DNA of 64,000 nt, from NCBI GenBank assembly GCA_000934665.2, contig KZ538239.1, positions 1-64,000 on the forward strand, written 5' to 3'. This document shows positions 28,501 through 41,183 of this stretch, in pieces. The position numbers and the translations under genes are program-made. The notes under the pieces were generated by a model. The model made no database searches and had not been told where the DNA came from. It saw nothing but the letters and a program-made list of their open reading frames with translations. This stretch comes from Catajapyx aquilonaris (lineage: Eukaryota). Within the stretch, counting starts at the first letter, position 1, and each line of letters starts with the position of its first letter.

Positions 28501-28542
28501 AATCCCGGAAATACAGCGCACTTACCCCAGCCTGTCAGTTAA
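22578..28542 (+). CDS. Uncharacterised ~1238-aa protein, largely disordered, with an N-myristoylation-type start and a charged helical segment; 9 coding exons
   Basis: Exons 22578-22718, 23386-23813, 23916-24609, 25718-26083, 26184-26804, 26867-27968, 28027-28183, 28267-28351 and 28420-28542 all have GT-AG boundaries with consistent phase (3717 nt, ending in TAA). The ATG is in a strong GTCGCCATGG context. An acceptor at 22566/22567 implies upstream non-coding exon(s). The protein starts MGNSHSQS and ends ...TYRAINFNPGNTAHLPQPVS. Confidence 0.85.
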
Positions 28543-29453
28543 AAGCTTCGGCCAGTTCAATCCCAGTTATTCCAGACGTTATTCTTTCAGGGACTCGCAT
28601 ACACCTAGCTTTAAGTCACACCCTGTCATCTAACTTAGGCCACACAACACAAGAAGAACTGCTCAATTTTTAAATCTGCGGGAAATGTGACGAAAACATT
28701 TGTTGTTGATCATCGCTGTTTAGTCCTGTTAATGACACTTGTGGTCGCTGGTGTACAGAACACTTTCATCTTTTGTATCTGACATTGTATATTCGCCTTC
28801 TTGTTTTTTTAATACTGTTTTTTTTTTTGTGGAAAGAAATGAGTGTTTACAGAATGTATGACAAAAGTGCAGAATATAAATGTGCTTATGCATTGTTACT
28901 CATACACCTGTCCTACACATTGATTCAATCCTAACCCAACTATCAAGCAGGGAGGACTGAAGGCAAAGAGGTTGGGAGTATGATCCCGTAATTTGAAAAG
29001 TATACCTGAACAGTACCTGCAACGCATCAGAAAGAGGCACAACTTGCCCAAAAAATAACCTGTATCACAACATTTAAAAAAAATTTAAACAATCCATCTG
29101 CCGAGTCGCAGGTCAAATTCGGAACATTTCAGGTTTTTACAACTTGCATCTCGAGCCCCAGCTTCTTGCAAAGGTTACGAATGTTTCAGTGAAATAAATA
29201 CATATATAATTAACATAATAATTATGAGACTGTTACACAGCAAATCCTCTTTTTTACCAAATTTGATTTGGGTAGCAAGAACAAAAGTCCATAGACGATA
29301 TCACATACATATTGGCATTGCCTCCAACTCTCTCACCATCTTTCCAAAAATTCTCCTTCTCAAGAAGATAATATCAAACAGGGAAAAGGGCTTTTGAGGG
29401 AGACCAAAAAAAAAAAAAAAAATGCAACTGGATAGGAACTAAGTCGACTGACT

Positions 29454-32400
29454 TCACGATTCACCTCTAGGAGGCAGAACCATGACTTCTGTGGCGCTTA
29501 AAATGGCTGCAGCCTCCTCGTACACCTGAAAAGAATGGGGTCGGAATAAAACCTGCATCACACTCGTCACTGACAGACTCACCTCTTCAAAAGAGATGTC
29601 CAGAAATAGCTCCTGGAGAAAGCGGCGGACTCCAAGTCGGAAGTTATACGCAGCCATCGTGGCACATATTTCAGAGTAAAGGCACAAGTCTTGGAATGCT
29701 GTAGGATACTTCTCTTTCAGCCTGAAAATGAAAAACATGAGGATGAGTTTGAATCATTTTAATTACATAAGGTTACTTCTCATGAGCTTATGAATGTCCG
29801 ACCCACCTGAGCAACCCCTGCTCCGAAGTCCTGATCCCGACGGAAGTTGTCAGGCTGTTGACTAGCCTGAGGACCTCTCTCCTCACTGCTGCCTTCCCTG
29901 AAGTGGTGTCCATGCTCATCCTCGGATGATGCGTACCAGGAACTGCCCCTGGACCTACTACGCCCGTCTCAACCGCACTTCCTGTACTAGAAATGCTCCC
30001 AGGGGTGGCCGCTATTGTGGGAACATCAAGGCTCAGGGCCCTACAGCGCTGGGGGAGGAGCCCGAGGGCAGGAACTGGGGCGGCTGGAGCAGGACCAGTA
30101 CTTGAAGTCTCTGATGGGCATGGGCTAGGGGGAGCGACTTTTGGCTTTTCCTCTACTGCACTCTCTGAAAAATCAATGCAAAAAAGTGATACAAGTCGGC
30201 CGATAATAATATGAAATTAGACAAATTGTTGTAATGTGTGCCTGCATTGCCACTTCAGAATAAGCAGCACTTACCCTGCACAATAACGGAGGCCTTTCTT
30301 GTCCGGGCCATCCTGAAGCACCGTGTGCAATTGAGCTGCGAGTGAAACTCAAACCCGTCACCTTCCTCTACCGAGGTTCTCCTCGTAGGTAATGGCGGAA
30401 CCTCTATTTTATCATCTAGTGTGGGAAAACTTGGCACAAACTCATCTTTGGGAGGAAACAGAAGATCCAGGTCCTTCGGGAGGGCAAGCCCCATGTAGCA
30501 TTGCCCACCCTCTTTAACTATTTCTGTTCCCTCCGCTACTTCCACTTTCCCACGCCATATACTTGACAGGGAGCTGCTTGACGAACCAACCCTGGCTAGG
30601 CGTGCCTCATGTGTAAAATCCATTGGCCTGGAAAAATACGTACACAAACATATGACTTATTACTAAAGATACTGTGGCCGAATGCAGCATCATTTATACA
30701 TACGTATAAGTACTACAACTTACGAGATATTCGCTCGGTAGTCCAGACTTCTGGCTTTTGGGCTACGTGAATCGGAGAAGAGATCCCCTTCCATTGCAGA
30801 ATCGGAGAATAGCGGTCGGCGGAAACGCTGCAGAGATCGCAATGTGGCATACCCAACCGTATTCTCAAACGCCAGGGATCCTGTCTCTGACGACCTGGAC
30901 CCTGAACCTAGTGAGACAATAGAACATTAGTAACGAAATAACAAACGAAAATATCTTGCCCTCCGCAAAATTTTGCAACATGTTCGCTTCAAAATGATGG
31001 TATTAAATAGTTTCTAACTTACTGGGCTCCCTGAATGAATTTCGTCTACTGGCAAAGTCATCTCTGGCGGCTTTATTTCCTGACTTGACTGTGCTGAGGG
31101 AAGTGGAGCTCGCAATTGGGCTCAGAGTGTGCGACCTTTCCACCTTGGCGGCAGGCCCAGAGTCACAAGAGCTGACACCACTGGTGGTGGAGTCTGTGCA
31201 GCTGTTGGATCTGCTTTTTGACACTTCCACAACCCCCAGGTGACCCACAGACACTGTCCGAGGTGCTGGTAAATCTACCCCGCTGCCACCACGCAGCTCC
31301 ACTGCAGGGCACTCTGTGAAGCTCCGGCTGCGCTCCTTTCCAGACACCGACATGTCCTCATCAACAGTCAGAAGCAGCGATGTGCTTCCAGGGGTCTTGG
31401 TCATGAGGGGCGAGGAAGATGATTCCCTCTCCTCGGTGGCATCCGACCCAATTCCAGACGACCCACCGATAGCGATTTCTCCTCCTTCACTGTCAGTCGT
31501 ACCAACAGTGTCACTCCGATGGCGACCACTAGTAGTGAGGACTTCAGGCTCGCTCTCTGGGTCATCCGGGATGTAAAAACGTGCACTTGATTCAGACATG
31601 CGGCTCAAGGTGCGTTCCCTAGGCAGCTGATCAGAGTTGTCACAGAACGAGTCCTCCAGCACAGCCCACTTGTCATTGCGATCCCGGCACACACAATACC
31701 ACTCTGCAAGAGTAACATAAAAAAGTCAACCAAATGAACAATTTTTCGTTTGACCACCTTGCTCATGTCAACGTACTGAGCTTCTTTAGAAGTGCAACTC
31801 CTTGGAGTGTAGTGGCCACCAGCCCTAAGACGTAAAATCCAGTGGCCCGGATGGACAACACAGGACAATCCCTCACGAGTTTAACGATGGCAGCAACTAT
31901 GGAATCCTCCTCCAACAGGTCCAGACCCTTGGCGGATGTGGAAATGTGACCAGCTGCCCACAGAGATGCCTTCAATTCCAAGATCTCATCCTCTGTTTCA
32001 CACTTCTCACTCAGTATAACCTAAAGGAAATGATCAGGTAAATGAGAGCTACATACACAGTGTGTAATGTCCAAAATGTACCTGCCACATCTTCTGGATC
32101 CTCCCTTGCTTCACCAGAGTCTCAAGCCCTTCTTCGTGCTGCACCAGTTGTCCGTAGAGGTGGGGCGGCACCATGACATCTTTAACCGTGTGTCTCTCAC
32201 CACTTGTTCTCACTACATACATCCCATCCTCTCCACGCTGGTAGTGACTCAGGCCGTCATGCAGAGCTGCCTCAACTACCCTCACGTACCTGTAGTTGTA
32301 CGTGGAATTCCACCTCTCCATTTCATTGGAGAGAAAATTGGTGTCCAAAAGGAACTTGTACCCAGAAGGAAGGGAGGAGAATCGGATGAGAAGTAGGGTA

Positions 32401-35400
32401 CCGTCATCTCCAAGGTGAAGAAGAGACGGCCTGAGGGCTATGACTGCTTCCAGGTAAGGAGGGTAGTCGCAAGACTCGTCCAGAATGGAGGCAGCAGCAA
32501 GTGAGATGGCCTTGCTTTGGTCGTACAGCTGTGTTACCAACAGTTCTATACCCCATTTGTGAAAGTCTGCTACTTGCAGACGTGCCAAAACTCGAAGAAA
32601 CTTTGTTGCATACAAGCGGCACGATTCACATGGAGATGTCAGAGCTTTGGTTATTATCACCCTGAAATTAAGGTGGTGGAATTTAAAATATGCTGCGATT
32701 GAGCTTCAAAATTCATTCGCACATATGAAACACATAATACATTAGGAACAACAGTTGGTTCCAACTGTAGTAAAAACTAATCCTTACAACAAACCAATTC
32801 TACTTTGCCTAACATCACATATGGCAGGAAATTCGTAACAACTGACTGAGAACACAGCGTGCATATTCCTGCCTGTATGTACAGTAAGTAGTCTTATTAA
32901 ATATATATAATTACGAAACTTCACATACTGTAGGTAAGTTACAACCACATCAAAGGACATACCAACCTAGTGGTTCCATTAATTCCATAGTCCAAACTGG
33001 AGACTATAAGTTTCACGTAGCAATCGTGATTCGTCTCACCAACGATTTCCAAAAGTCTGTCGACAAAAGTCATAATAAGTACTTTTGAACCAACAAACAA
33101 GTAACAATATCTTGATCTTACTCTTGAAAGATCCCATTCCTTTCCATGGCTTTGCATCCTTTACTAGACCTGGTGAGCTTGCCGAGGAAGAGAAAGTAGG
33201 ATTGGCACACAGTGTTGTTCATGTTTCCGGGGCTAAAAAGGCAGTCATGAGCACTGGAAGACATCCGGATCAGGCGAAGATTGTGCGATACATCAGAGAG
33301 GATCTCGTCCAAAGAACTGCTCGCCTCAGACTGGTGAAACAAATTGAACACTTCAATAAACAGGACAAAATCAACAAGAGCTGATGTAGAATTACAAGAA
33401 ATCTGTTTGCTTAACGATTAGTTCTACTATCATACGTTACCAATTAAAAAGTGAGTGTGTCAACTGACCTCATCACACTCCACCAAAAACTCCAACAGGT
33501 GGCAGCCGGAGAGGGTGTAAATCTGAGCAAGCGGCTTGGCCAAATCCACCTTGGCAAACCCGTTGCTGTTGCTGGGCTTGAAGAAGCTGACTAGTCGGCG
33601 GATGAAAGTCTTGCAGTTGGAATCCTCCAGCTTCTTTAAGGAGCTGCTGGGCCACTGATGTACACATGATATTTATTAGACTACTGCTAAAGGAGCTTTT
33701 AGAGTTCAATAAATTCTACCTTGAGCAGTCCACTGACGAGATCCCAGTCCCATTTGAGGTAGTCCTTGTTGGTGGTGACACCTGTGTCCTTCAGGGTTCC
33801 GTGGGCTCCCTCCTCTCCTCCTCCTCGTTTGACCCACCTCTTGGCTCTCCTGTGGCTTGGAAATCTCCTTCTACCACATTTCCATGCACCTCCTGACATC
33901 TGCATCTGGTGGTCCAGAACCAGGCTGGCAGGTACTGGCCCTCTCTTCTTCAGCTCGTGCAGAGTGGAGAGGGCGGTGACAGCCTCCAGAGCTCGGTAGT
34001 GCCTGTTGGTGCTGGCGGAGGAGGCCACGTGTTCCATCAAGGAAGGAAGGCAATCTGCAGTGTCGTAGGTTTCAGGGGGAAGGAGCGAGTGGACCAAATG
34101 GAGAATTTCCCCAAGGAGGATGGTGGCACGAACAGATATGAAGGTGTCGCTGGTCACCATCACTTCCACTAGGGCTTCCAGGAGGCCGGCACAGACAAAC
34201 GTGTACACCAAAAGTGACACATGGTTTTCTATCAGATTTGGTCTGCAAAATAACGTATATGAGAAGATGGAACACATGTTGTAACCAGAAACAAAGTTTG
34301 AAAAAAGGACTGGGTCACTGCACCTGTGTTTAGATAAATGTGGAAGAATGGTCTTCCCTTCAGCAGCCACGAATCCCTCCGACAGCCTCCAGGAGTCTTG
34401 CACTTTGGAAGGATCGGCAGCTTGCAAGGCAACACTAAAGTCATCTGTCCAATCAGGCAAAGGAATCTGCAGCACCTCGTACATCAGGTCTAGGATTGAC
34501 TTCTGCAATGACACAATCCAGATAATAAAGGGAAACGCTCATCACAGTGAGACAGACTAACCCTGACTTCCAGCTGCCGCAGATATAATACTTCGATGAG
34601 TGACTTCAAACCTGAGTTCTCAGGCCTGCAGAAATGAAGGATCCCAGGCCATGAGCGTAAAACAGTCAACATTGCCAGGCTGCTACATGTGAACCTCAAC
34701 TCCCTGTCCTCCCTGTAATAAATTTATCAATTTTTAACTAACATCATGCTGTATTTTAATGTTAATTTAAAATTTCAGCATACCCTGTGTCCTTCTCGCT
34801 CCCTTCTCCATGGTGCTTGTAATGGAAATCTGTGAATGGTGCTGCCAGTGCCTGGAGGTCCAGCCTGGCCATCCACCTCGTCTCCGGCATGTTCTGCAGG
34901 TGAAGCAAGGTGGCCAACATGGCCTCTGACATGCGTGGTTGGGGGCAGTCCAGAAGGGCTCTCATCAGCGGAGACACTCCACCGCAAGTGACAAAGAGGA
35001 TAGGATTCAGTGCACCTAGTTCGCTTAGAACAGCCAGTCCTGCTCTCTGAAACTGCTCCTTCTCCTTTCCTCCATTGGATGCTAATGACACCAAGCACCT
35101 GGCAAGCTCTGCAGGGAAAGATAAGGCGCCAACCAGCAAGAGCTTCCTGACGAGTCGTAACGCTTGGGTTCGTTCAGTGCTGCTCTCAACTGGTATGTCC
35201 AGTGACCTACAAAATAACAGTTCAATAAGTTTTCAAGTGACATAAGCACGATGGCTGTAGACAAAAACATTTTGAAAAGACAACAAATAAAGCGATTAAG
35301 CCGGGACGTAATTACCTGGCCACCAGAGTAGGAAGACAAACTTTGTTGAAAGCAAGAACATCTTCTTCCTTTTGTATCAGGTACCGAAGTGCTCTCAGAC

Positions 35401-37629
35401 CAGCTGCTCTAACTTCATCTGCTTCGTTGATTAGTGCTGTCCTTAAACTGATCGTAAAAATTTGGCTTTAGAAACCATATCAAAATATTTTACATAACAC
35501 ATACCAACAGCATATTTCTGTGACTGATAAAATCAGCTTCTGTGTGTTCTCCACTTTGCCCAAGAGCTTTACAAATGCATTCAGGTAACCAAGTTTCCTC
35601 CCTTTGGTGACACCTTCCTTCCTCGACACCACTGACAGCACCTCCAGGACATTGTTGGAAGGCTCTGGTTGAGAGAAAAGGCAAATATTTTAGACATAGC
35701 AAACAAGTGATGTCAACATCTTACGTACGCTGATATAAATCAGTGTAATCTCGTAGATGGCATCGTGACTATGACGCAATCATACTGTGCAGGATGTTTC
35801 AACAAAATTCCCAATAATTTCATAATATGAAGTGTACTATACATTACGTCAGATAAAATGATATTTTAACATCAGCATTCTCACCACATGATCGAGAGAG
35901 GCCGAGCAAATATGGTGAACATTTAGTGCTCAGTTTGAAAAGAAACTAAACAAATGAACATTAATTATATGACTTTTTGTGCAAAAAAAAAATACAATAA
36001 AAATTATTGAGGTTTCACTGAATGTACATGGCAGACTTCCCTAATAAAAATCAGTCACAAATGACAAATTTCACAGGCTCCGCTCATCTATTCCCAGACA
36101 TGAGAAGGAAGTCTGTCCGTTGCCCCCCATTAAAAATTATATTCCATAACAAACCCTTGCATCAGCTTGCAAGTACCAAACATGTAAACTGTGCGCTAAC
36201 TTGGCTGACACCGGTCCTTAATCAAGAACCAAGGCCTAGTAACAAGGGCTTAAATTAGCAACGGCCCACCAAGGCCAGCAATAAACTCCGCCATAAAACC
36301 TGGGCCTCTTTCAAGTCGAACTTTTTAACTGCCACATTACAATGAACATGTTTTGCAGTATGCACACACATGCACACAATTATGATCCGTGCAAGCTAAG
36401 AATCAGGCCATACTGCCTAAATTAATAATATTCATTTAGTGGAGCTGAATATTGGAAAGGGGGAAACCTCTTGCTCATATTAATTAGCATAATTATTAGC
36501 AGCCTTAAATTATCCAAATATATTTTGCATTAACTAAATTAGAAAATAATGGCAATATTAATTTTCATACCTTATGGGGTAATACTATATCATTCTTAAT
36601 TATTATTTATTCATTAATTTTTATTAATCACATTAATTATTATTACATTTATTACAATTATATATATTTATCACAATTATATATATATTATTTATTACAA
36701 TTACATTTATTACTTATTAATCACATGTATATTTTTACACTTAAATATATTACAATTACATTTATTAATTACATTTATTATTTATTACACTTAAATTAAT
36801 TACAATTACACTTATTATTTATTAATTACATATATTATTTATTACATGCATTATTATTTATTACAGTTATTATTTACAACTGCAATTATTATAATTTATT
36901 ACAACTAGTTATTGTTATTAATTACAACTAGAGTTTTATTGTTATTAATTACAACTACAATTATTACCGTATTATTTATTACATTTATTATTATTGATTA
37001 CATATTAGCAATCGAGATCACTGGCTACCCCACTATGGGATTAAAATGCCATGATGTAATGAATAAGAAATAAATGAACGAACGAACGAATGTACGTATC
37101 ATTTCATAAACCCCCTTCTGAGGCATAACCTCAGTTGGCATGAATTGTGGTAAAAGCATCAGCATGCCTGTCAAGTGACAGGATCTGGCTCATTAAGCTG
37201 CAGGTTGCATTAACTTAATTAGGAAATTCTGAGTCACAAGTCTGACCAGCCTGGTAGGTGGGCCATCCAATGAATCATCACATTAATAACTATACGTTGC
37301 AGAAGATGCTCTCAATGCGGGTTCAACCAACATCCGAGACTGAAATCTCTCTCTTTGTGGAATCCGCCGCCCACACATGGAACGTGACCAGGAGGCACTG
37401 ACCTTTGGCAAGATCCAGCTGTACATGCTCGTCCACACTAGCCCTTCGACCTGTAGTAGAAAAGAATAAGAGAGACACAAGATTAGTGGAGGTGGTTACG
37501 TGCCTCCCCGTGCACGGGTTGTATTTCTTTTAAAATAAACTGTCCGAACCGCCCTTCCTAATTAAATAACTCACTCCTGAGCGACCTGACCGCCCGGATG
37601 CTCCTCGCCTTGAAAGGGAAGCTCGCCAT
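29454..37629 (-). CDS. rictor: Rapamycin-insensitive companion of TOR (TORC2 subunit), multi-exon
   Basis: First exons 37575-37629, 37403-37450, 35505-35664 and 35316-35447 give MASFPFKARSIRAVRSLRSRRASVDEHVQLDL...KLGYLNAFVKL...EVRAAGLRALRYL. Later Rictor hallmarks: APFTDFHY, WRLSEGFVAAEGKTILPH, WGIELLVTQLYD, PPHLYGQLVQH, LKASLWAAGHI, GYATLRSLQR, the H-x4-C-x2-C motif HSQLNCTRC, and the C-terminal DLCLYSEI...RRFLQELF. Stop TGA at 29454-29456. Confidence 0.97.
36570..37010. repeat. AT-rich degenerate simple-repeat array in Rictor intron 2
   Basis: Reiterated ATTACA/TTATT/ATTACAATT units with very few G residues. Confidence 0.8.
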
Positions 37630-38482
37630 CTTGGAATTTTTCATAGGCGGCTTTTGGGTGGGTGGGTGGGGGATGGAGGAGGAGGGGGTTGCCGGCACTT
37701 GGGCGGAAACAACTCAGCCCGCGGAATGTCACCGAGGCCATACTTTAATAAATAAATTGCAATCGGCCGGATTTTAGTTTTACGTGTTAAAAAACTTTAA
37801 AAATTTGTTGGTCATGCCGGGTGGCGATAAACTGTGGAGGTCAAGTGTAGCGTCGCGGTTTGGAAAGTCGCTGCTACTTTATGATGGATGCGAATCGCTG
37901 GTCGATGGTCGAGTACAGGGTGATTTATTTTGTTAGTTTAAAATATTACTTATTAATAGCATTATGACTGCACTATAATTTAGTCTCGTTTGTAACCTTT
38001 TTCATTTTACAACTCTGCGCTGTTTTGATGGAACCTAGCCTTGTCGTAAATAATTGAGGGCACAGCACCTGATTATTCGTCGCACCCACGGGACCGATGC
38101 ATCGTTGGAACCGGTTGGAACTCAAAAAAAGGCCAGCTAATCCAAGGAGCAAAGAAAACTGGAATGGTACACACCTAACAACATGCAAAAACATGAAGTA
38201 TAGCCTATCGTACTTCATGTTTTTACATGTTATTAGTTATTATGGATTTCTAAGAAATATTGAAGTATTTATCTTTTACATACGCACTCTACTGTACTGT
38301 ATTTACAATTTAACTAAGGCAATATGAAACAAATGGGGAGTACATTGCAGCATTTGATGAGAAAAATATATTCATTGATGGAGTGGGACAGTCGTAATAA
38401 TAACCAAGGAGTCAGATAATTGGGGATGTACTGTATATTTCATGAGACCATCACTTTAAATAAGAGTTGGTAATAAAAATAT

Positions 38483-38601
38483 GGGGATGGATTCATCAAA
38501 TGTCGTAAGTCTTTGTCATAACCGGTCTTAACCGTAGTTAGTTAATTATTAGTAACTATGGTGACTACCGGTTACTACTAAAAGACTTTTGAATCCACCC
38601 C
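38483..38601. mobile_element. Palindromic MITE with PIF/Harbinger-like ends
   Basis: Termini GGGGATGGATTCA ... TGAATCCACCCC, with nested internal inverted blocks (AAGTCTT/AAGACTT, TAACCGGT/ACCGGTTA). Confidence 0.55.
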
Positions 38602-38934
38602 TAGTAAATCAGGAGCCTAAGAGAGGGCCTGAATAGGACAAGACAGCGCCACTTTGTAATTAGTTTATTGTACGCGCAAAGATGACACCATAGTTGAACA
38701 TCTCCAAAGAGGTCATGCCTAAACGTCTGTTACCTTACTTACAAGTGCAAATTTTTTTGCAACCTGTGTTGTAGGACTATGGCTTTGGGAAGTTCGACTT
38801 GCTAAGGTTCATGTGTAATGTATTTGAAAGTAATGTATTTGAAACATCTGCAAAAGTGGGGATACGTTTGTAAAGAGTTACATAAAATTTGTGGGCTCAT
38901 GGAAAAATTCCGGCTATGAGAAAATGTATTCCCA

Positions 38935-39066
38935 AAGCCCGTTTTCTCGAACATTGGTTCAAATGTAAACCCGGTTCAAGGCTGGTTTAATCCCCTCTGA
39001 ACTTTGATTTAATCCGCATTTGAACCGGGTTTACATTTTTGAACCACTGTTCAAGAAAACTGGCTT
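38935..39066. mobile_element. Fold-back MITE with ~45-bp TIRs
   Basis: AAGCCCGTTTTCTCGAACATTGGTTCAAATGTAAACCCGGTTCAA versus TTGAACCGGGTTTACATTTTTGAACCACTGTTCAAGAAAACTGGCTT. Confidence 0.75.
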
Positions 39067-39237
39067 ATTTCTCAGTACATGCTCTCACAAAAATTCAAAA
39101 ATAGAAAATAAATGGGATTATTATAATTCCTTTTTGAAACTCAAATGTGGTCAGATGTGGACAACCACGACCTTGCAATTATTGTTTCAGCACAAGCACA
39201 GAGATTGTCACTTTGATAGCATGCAACTTTGGGAGAG

Positions 39238-39948
39238 TCAATCCTCCTCCTCCAGTTTAACTTCCAAGGGGAGCTGCTCCACTTTCACTGACAATGTCTC
39301 CTGTGGTTTAACTTCCAATGGGTCCTCCTCCTCCTTCGCCAGTTCAACACTCCAATCCTCATTCTTCATCGTAACAGCCACAAACTCCTCCAGTTTATTT
39401 GGTTCCTTCGATTGATCCACTTCCAGGACCCACCCCTTTTTGTCCAACTTCTTCCAATGAAATCCAAGTCTGCTCAGTACTTTCCTAAACGACGACTTCT
39501 GTCCAACATAATTGACGCCAGCTCTCTTAACCTCCAGCATCATCTCCTCTACCGTCGCCTGCTTCTTCCTCGCAAGCATGCCACGCACAATCTGTAAAAA
39601 GCCGCTGGTTTAATTTGCAGTACTTTTTGCTACATTGTTGTCCAGTAAGTATACCTGACGTATGCTGGACTTTGCGGATTCATCCAAATCGACAACCGGT
39701 GCGCGCCTATTGCGGGTCCTTCCAGGAGTGACCCACTGTTCCACTGGGACATCCCGGTACCTGGCCTTGAGTAACCTGATCCCCCCGGCACTGAGCCCTG
39801 TGGCCTCTGCAAGCCTGAGGGACACCTGGGTCACAGGGTGCTTGGAGCCCCCTCTCCTCTTCTCATCCTCCAGGAAGGCCTCCACATTCTGAATGATCTT
39901 GAAGGCCTGAGGCTCTATCGCACTCCCATGGAAGGTGTGCCTCGACAT
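39238..39948 (-). CDS. 215-aa HTH/winged-HTH protein resembling the N-terminal DNA-binding part of IS630/Tc1-like transposases, without a DDE domain (candidate domesticated transposase)
   Basis: Exons 39655-39948 and 39238-39591 are joined by a 63-nt phase-0 GT-AG intron and the frame is intact. Motifs: RLAEATGLSAGGIRLL, TPGRTRNRR..DLDESAKSSIRQ, KSSFRKVLSRLGFHWKK, then an acidic tail. AATAAA on the - strand at 38664-38669. Confidence 0.75.
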
Positions 39949-41147
39949 GCTAACCACTCCTCACAATATTGTCACAAAAACTCACAGAGAAAAATTGTTC
40001 CAGAGCTGGGTTTGAAAAGAATAGAGAAAATATCACGAAAAAAAAAACATCTTCAAACAGGAGGCAGCCATATTGGCGGGTCGGAAGTAGCACATAGGCT
40101 ATGATACGTAGCCGTTACATATAATGTAGCTGCGACCATAAGTGACCAACTGTTATTTTATCACGGAAATTAAGTATTTCGCGAATATAGTGAGTAATTT
40201 ATGACCTTTAGAAGAGTACTTGGGAGTACCATTGCAGGTGCTGTACACCGGAGTACCGAAGTGGTTATCTGAATAAAAATGCAATGATGAAAATTCGAAA
40301 TATTTTGACAGCAATAATATTCTCACATGGTCTTACATGTTTTATTTGCCTATATCATGTGCATTTCTAGCTCGATCCAATGACATGACACACCATTGAT
40401 GATCCTCTCCTTGTATGAGGGGGTGAATTTTTATACCTGCACCTTTCACGTGCAATTATGCAAAAATGTGACCTTTGCATATTTTTAAATGGTGCGGTCT
40501 ATCCATCGTATATGTTTCGACCACGTTTCGACTCACTTGATATTGAATGACTCAAAATGACAGCTATATGCACACTACCGTATAAAGGCACTCTGACATG
40601 TTGACAGTATGTATATGACCTTCATCAATTATTATATTGTATAGTCATACGAAAAGCACTCAATATTACGGCATATACAGCATATTGCAGATTACAGGTT
40701 TTTAGCCAAGGACAGAATTTATGTGGCAGTCATCAGAGTTTTCAAAATCCATCTATGATTTTATTTATTTATTGTTTCCGTGACTCTTTACGATCACTTC
40801 CCTGTGCGCATAATACCATAGATGTACATTTTTTTTTTTTGCATTAATGAATGGCGTGCTATCTACACAGATTTTATTCTGAATAATCATCAATTACAAT
40901 AATATTATCACACATATACATACATAAGGGATGGATATTGAGTAACTGCACTTTAAATTTTTATAAAACACTTTTATTTTTCCTTTGCCTTTCATCTTCT
41001 TCATCCGCATATCTTGGGCTTCTCTAGTATAGCCATTTTTTCTGCTGCCAATTTCTTCTCTATACCTTAGCGAGCCTTCTTACCTATTTTTGTTCATCAA
41101 TTTGACCCCCAACGGGTGAAATGTTGCCAGATGTACCACTTTCCAGC

Positions 41148-41183
41148 CTTAGACCATATATGGTATGGTATATATGGTCTAAG
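41148..41183. mobile_element. 36-bp minimal TIR element with an 8-bp target-site duplication
   Basis: Perfect 14-bp TIRs CTTAGACCATATAT/ATATATGGTCTAAG surround an 8-nt core. TTTCCAGC flanks it at 41140-41147 and 41184-41191. Confidence 0.8.

Noticed and set aside
38408..38435. Tigger/pogo-like terminus (TACAGTACATCCCCAATTATCTG on the - strand)
   Set aside because: No matching second end was found, so the element boundaries cannot be supported.
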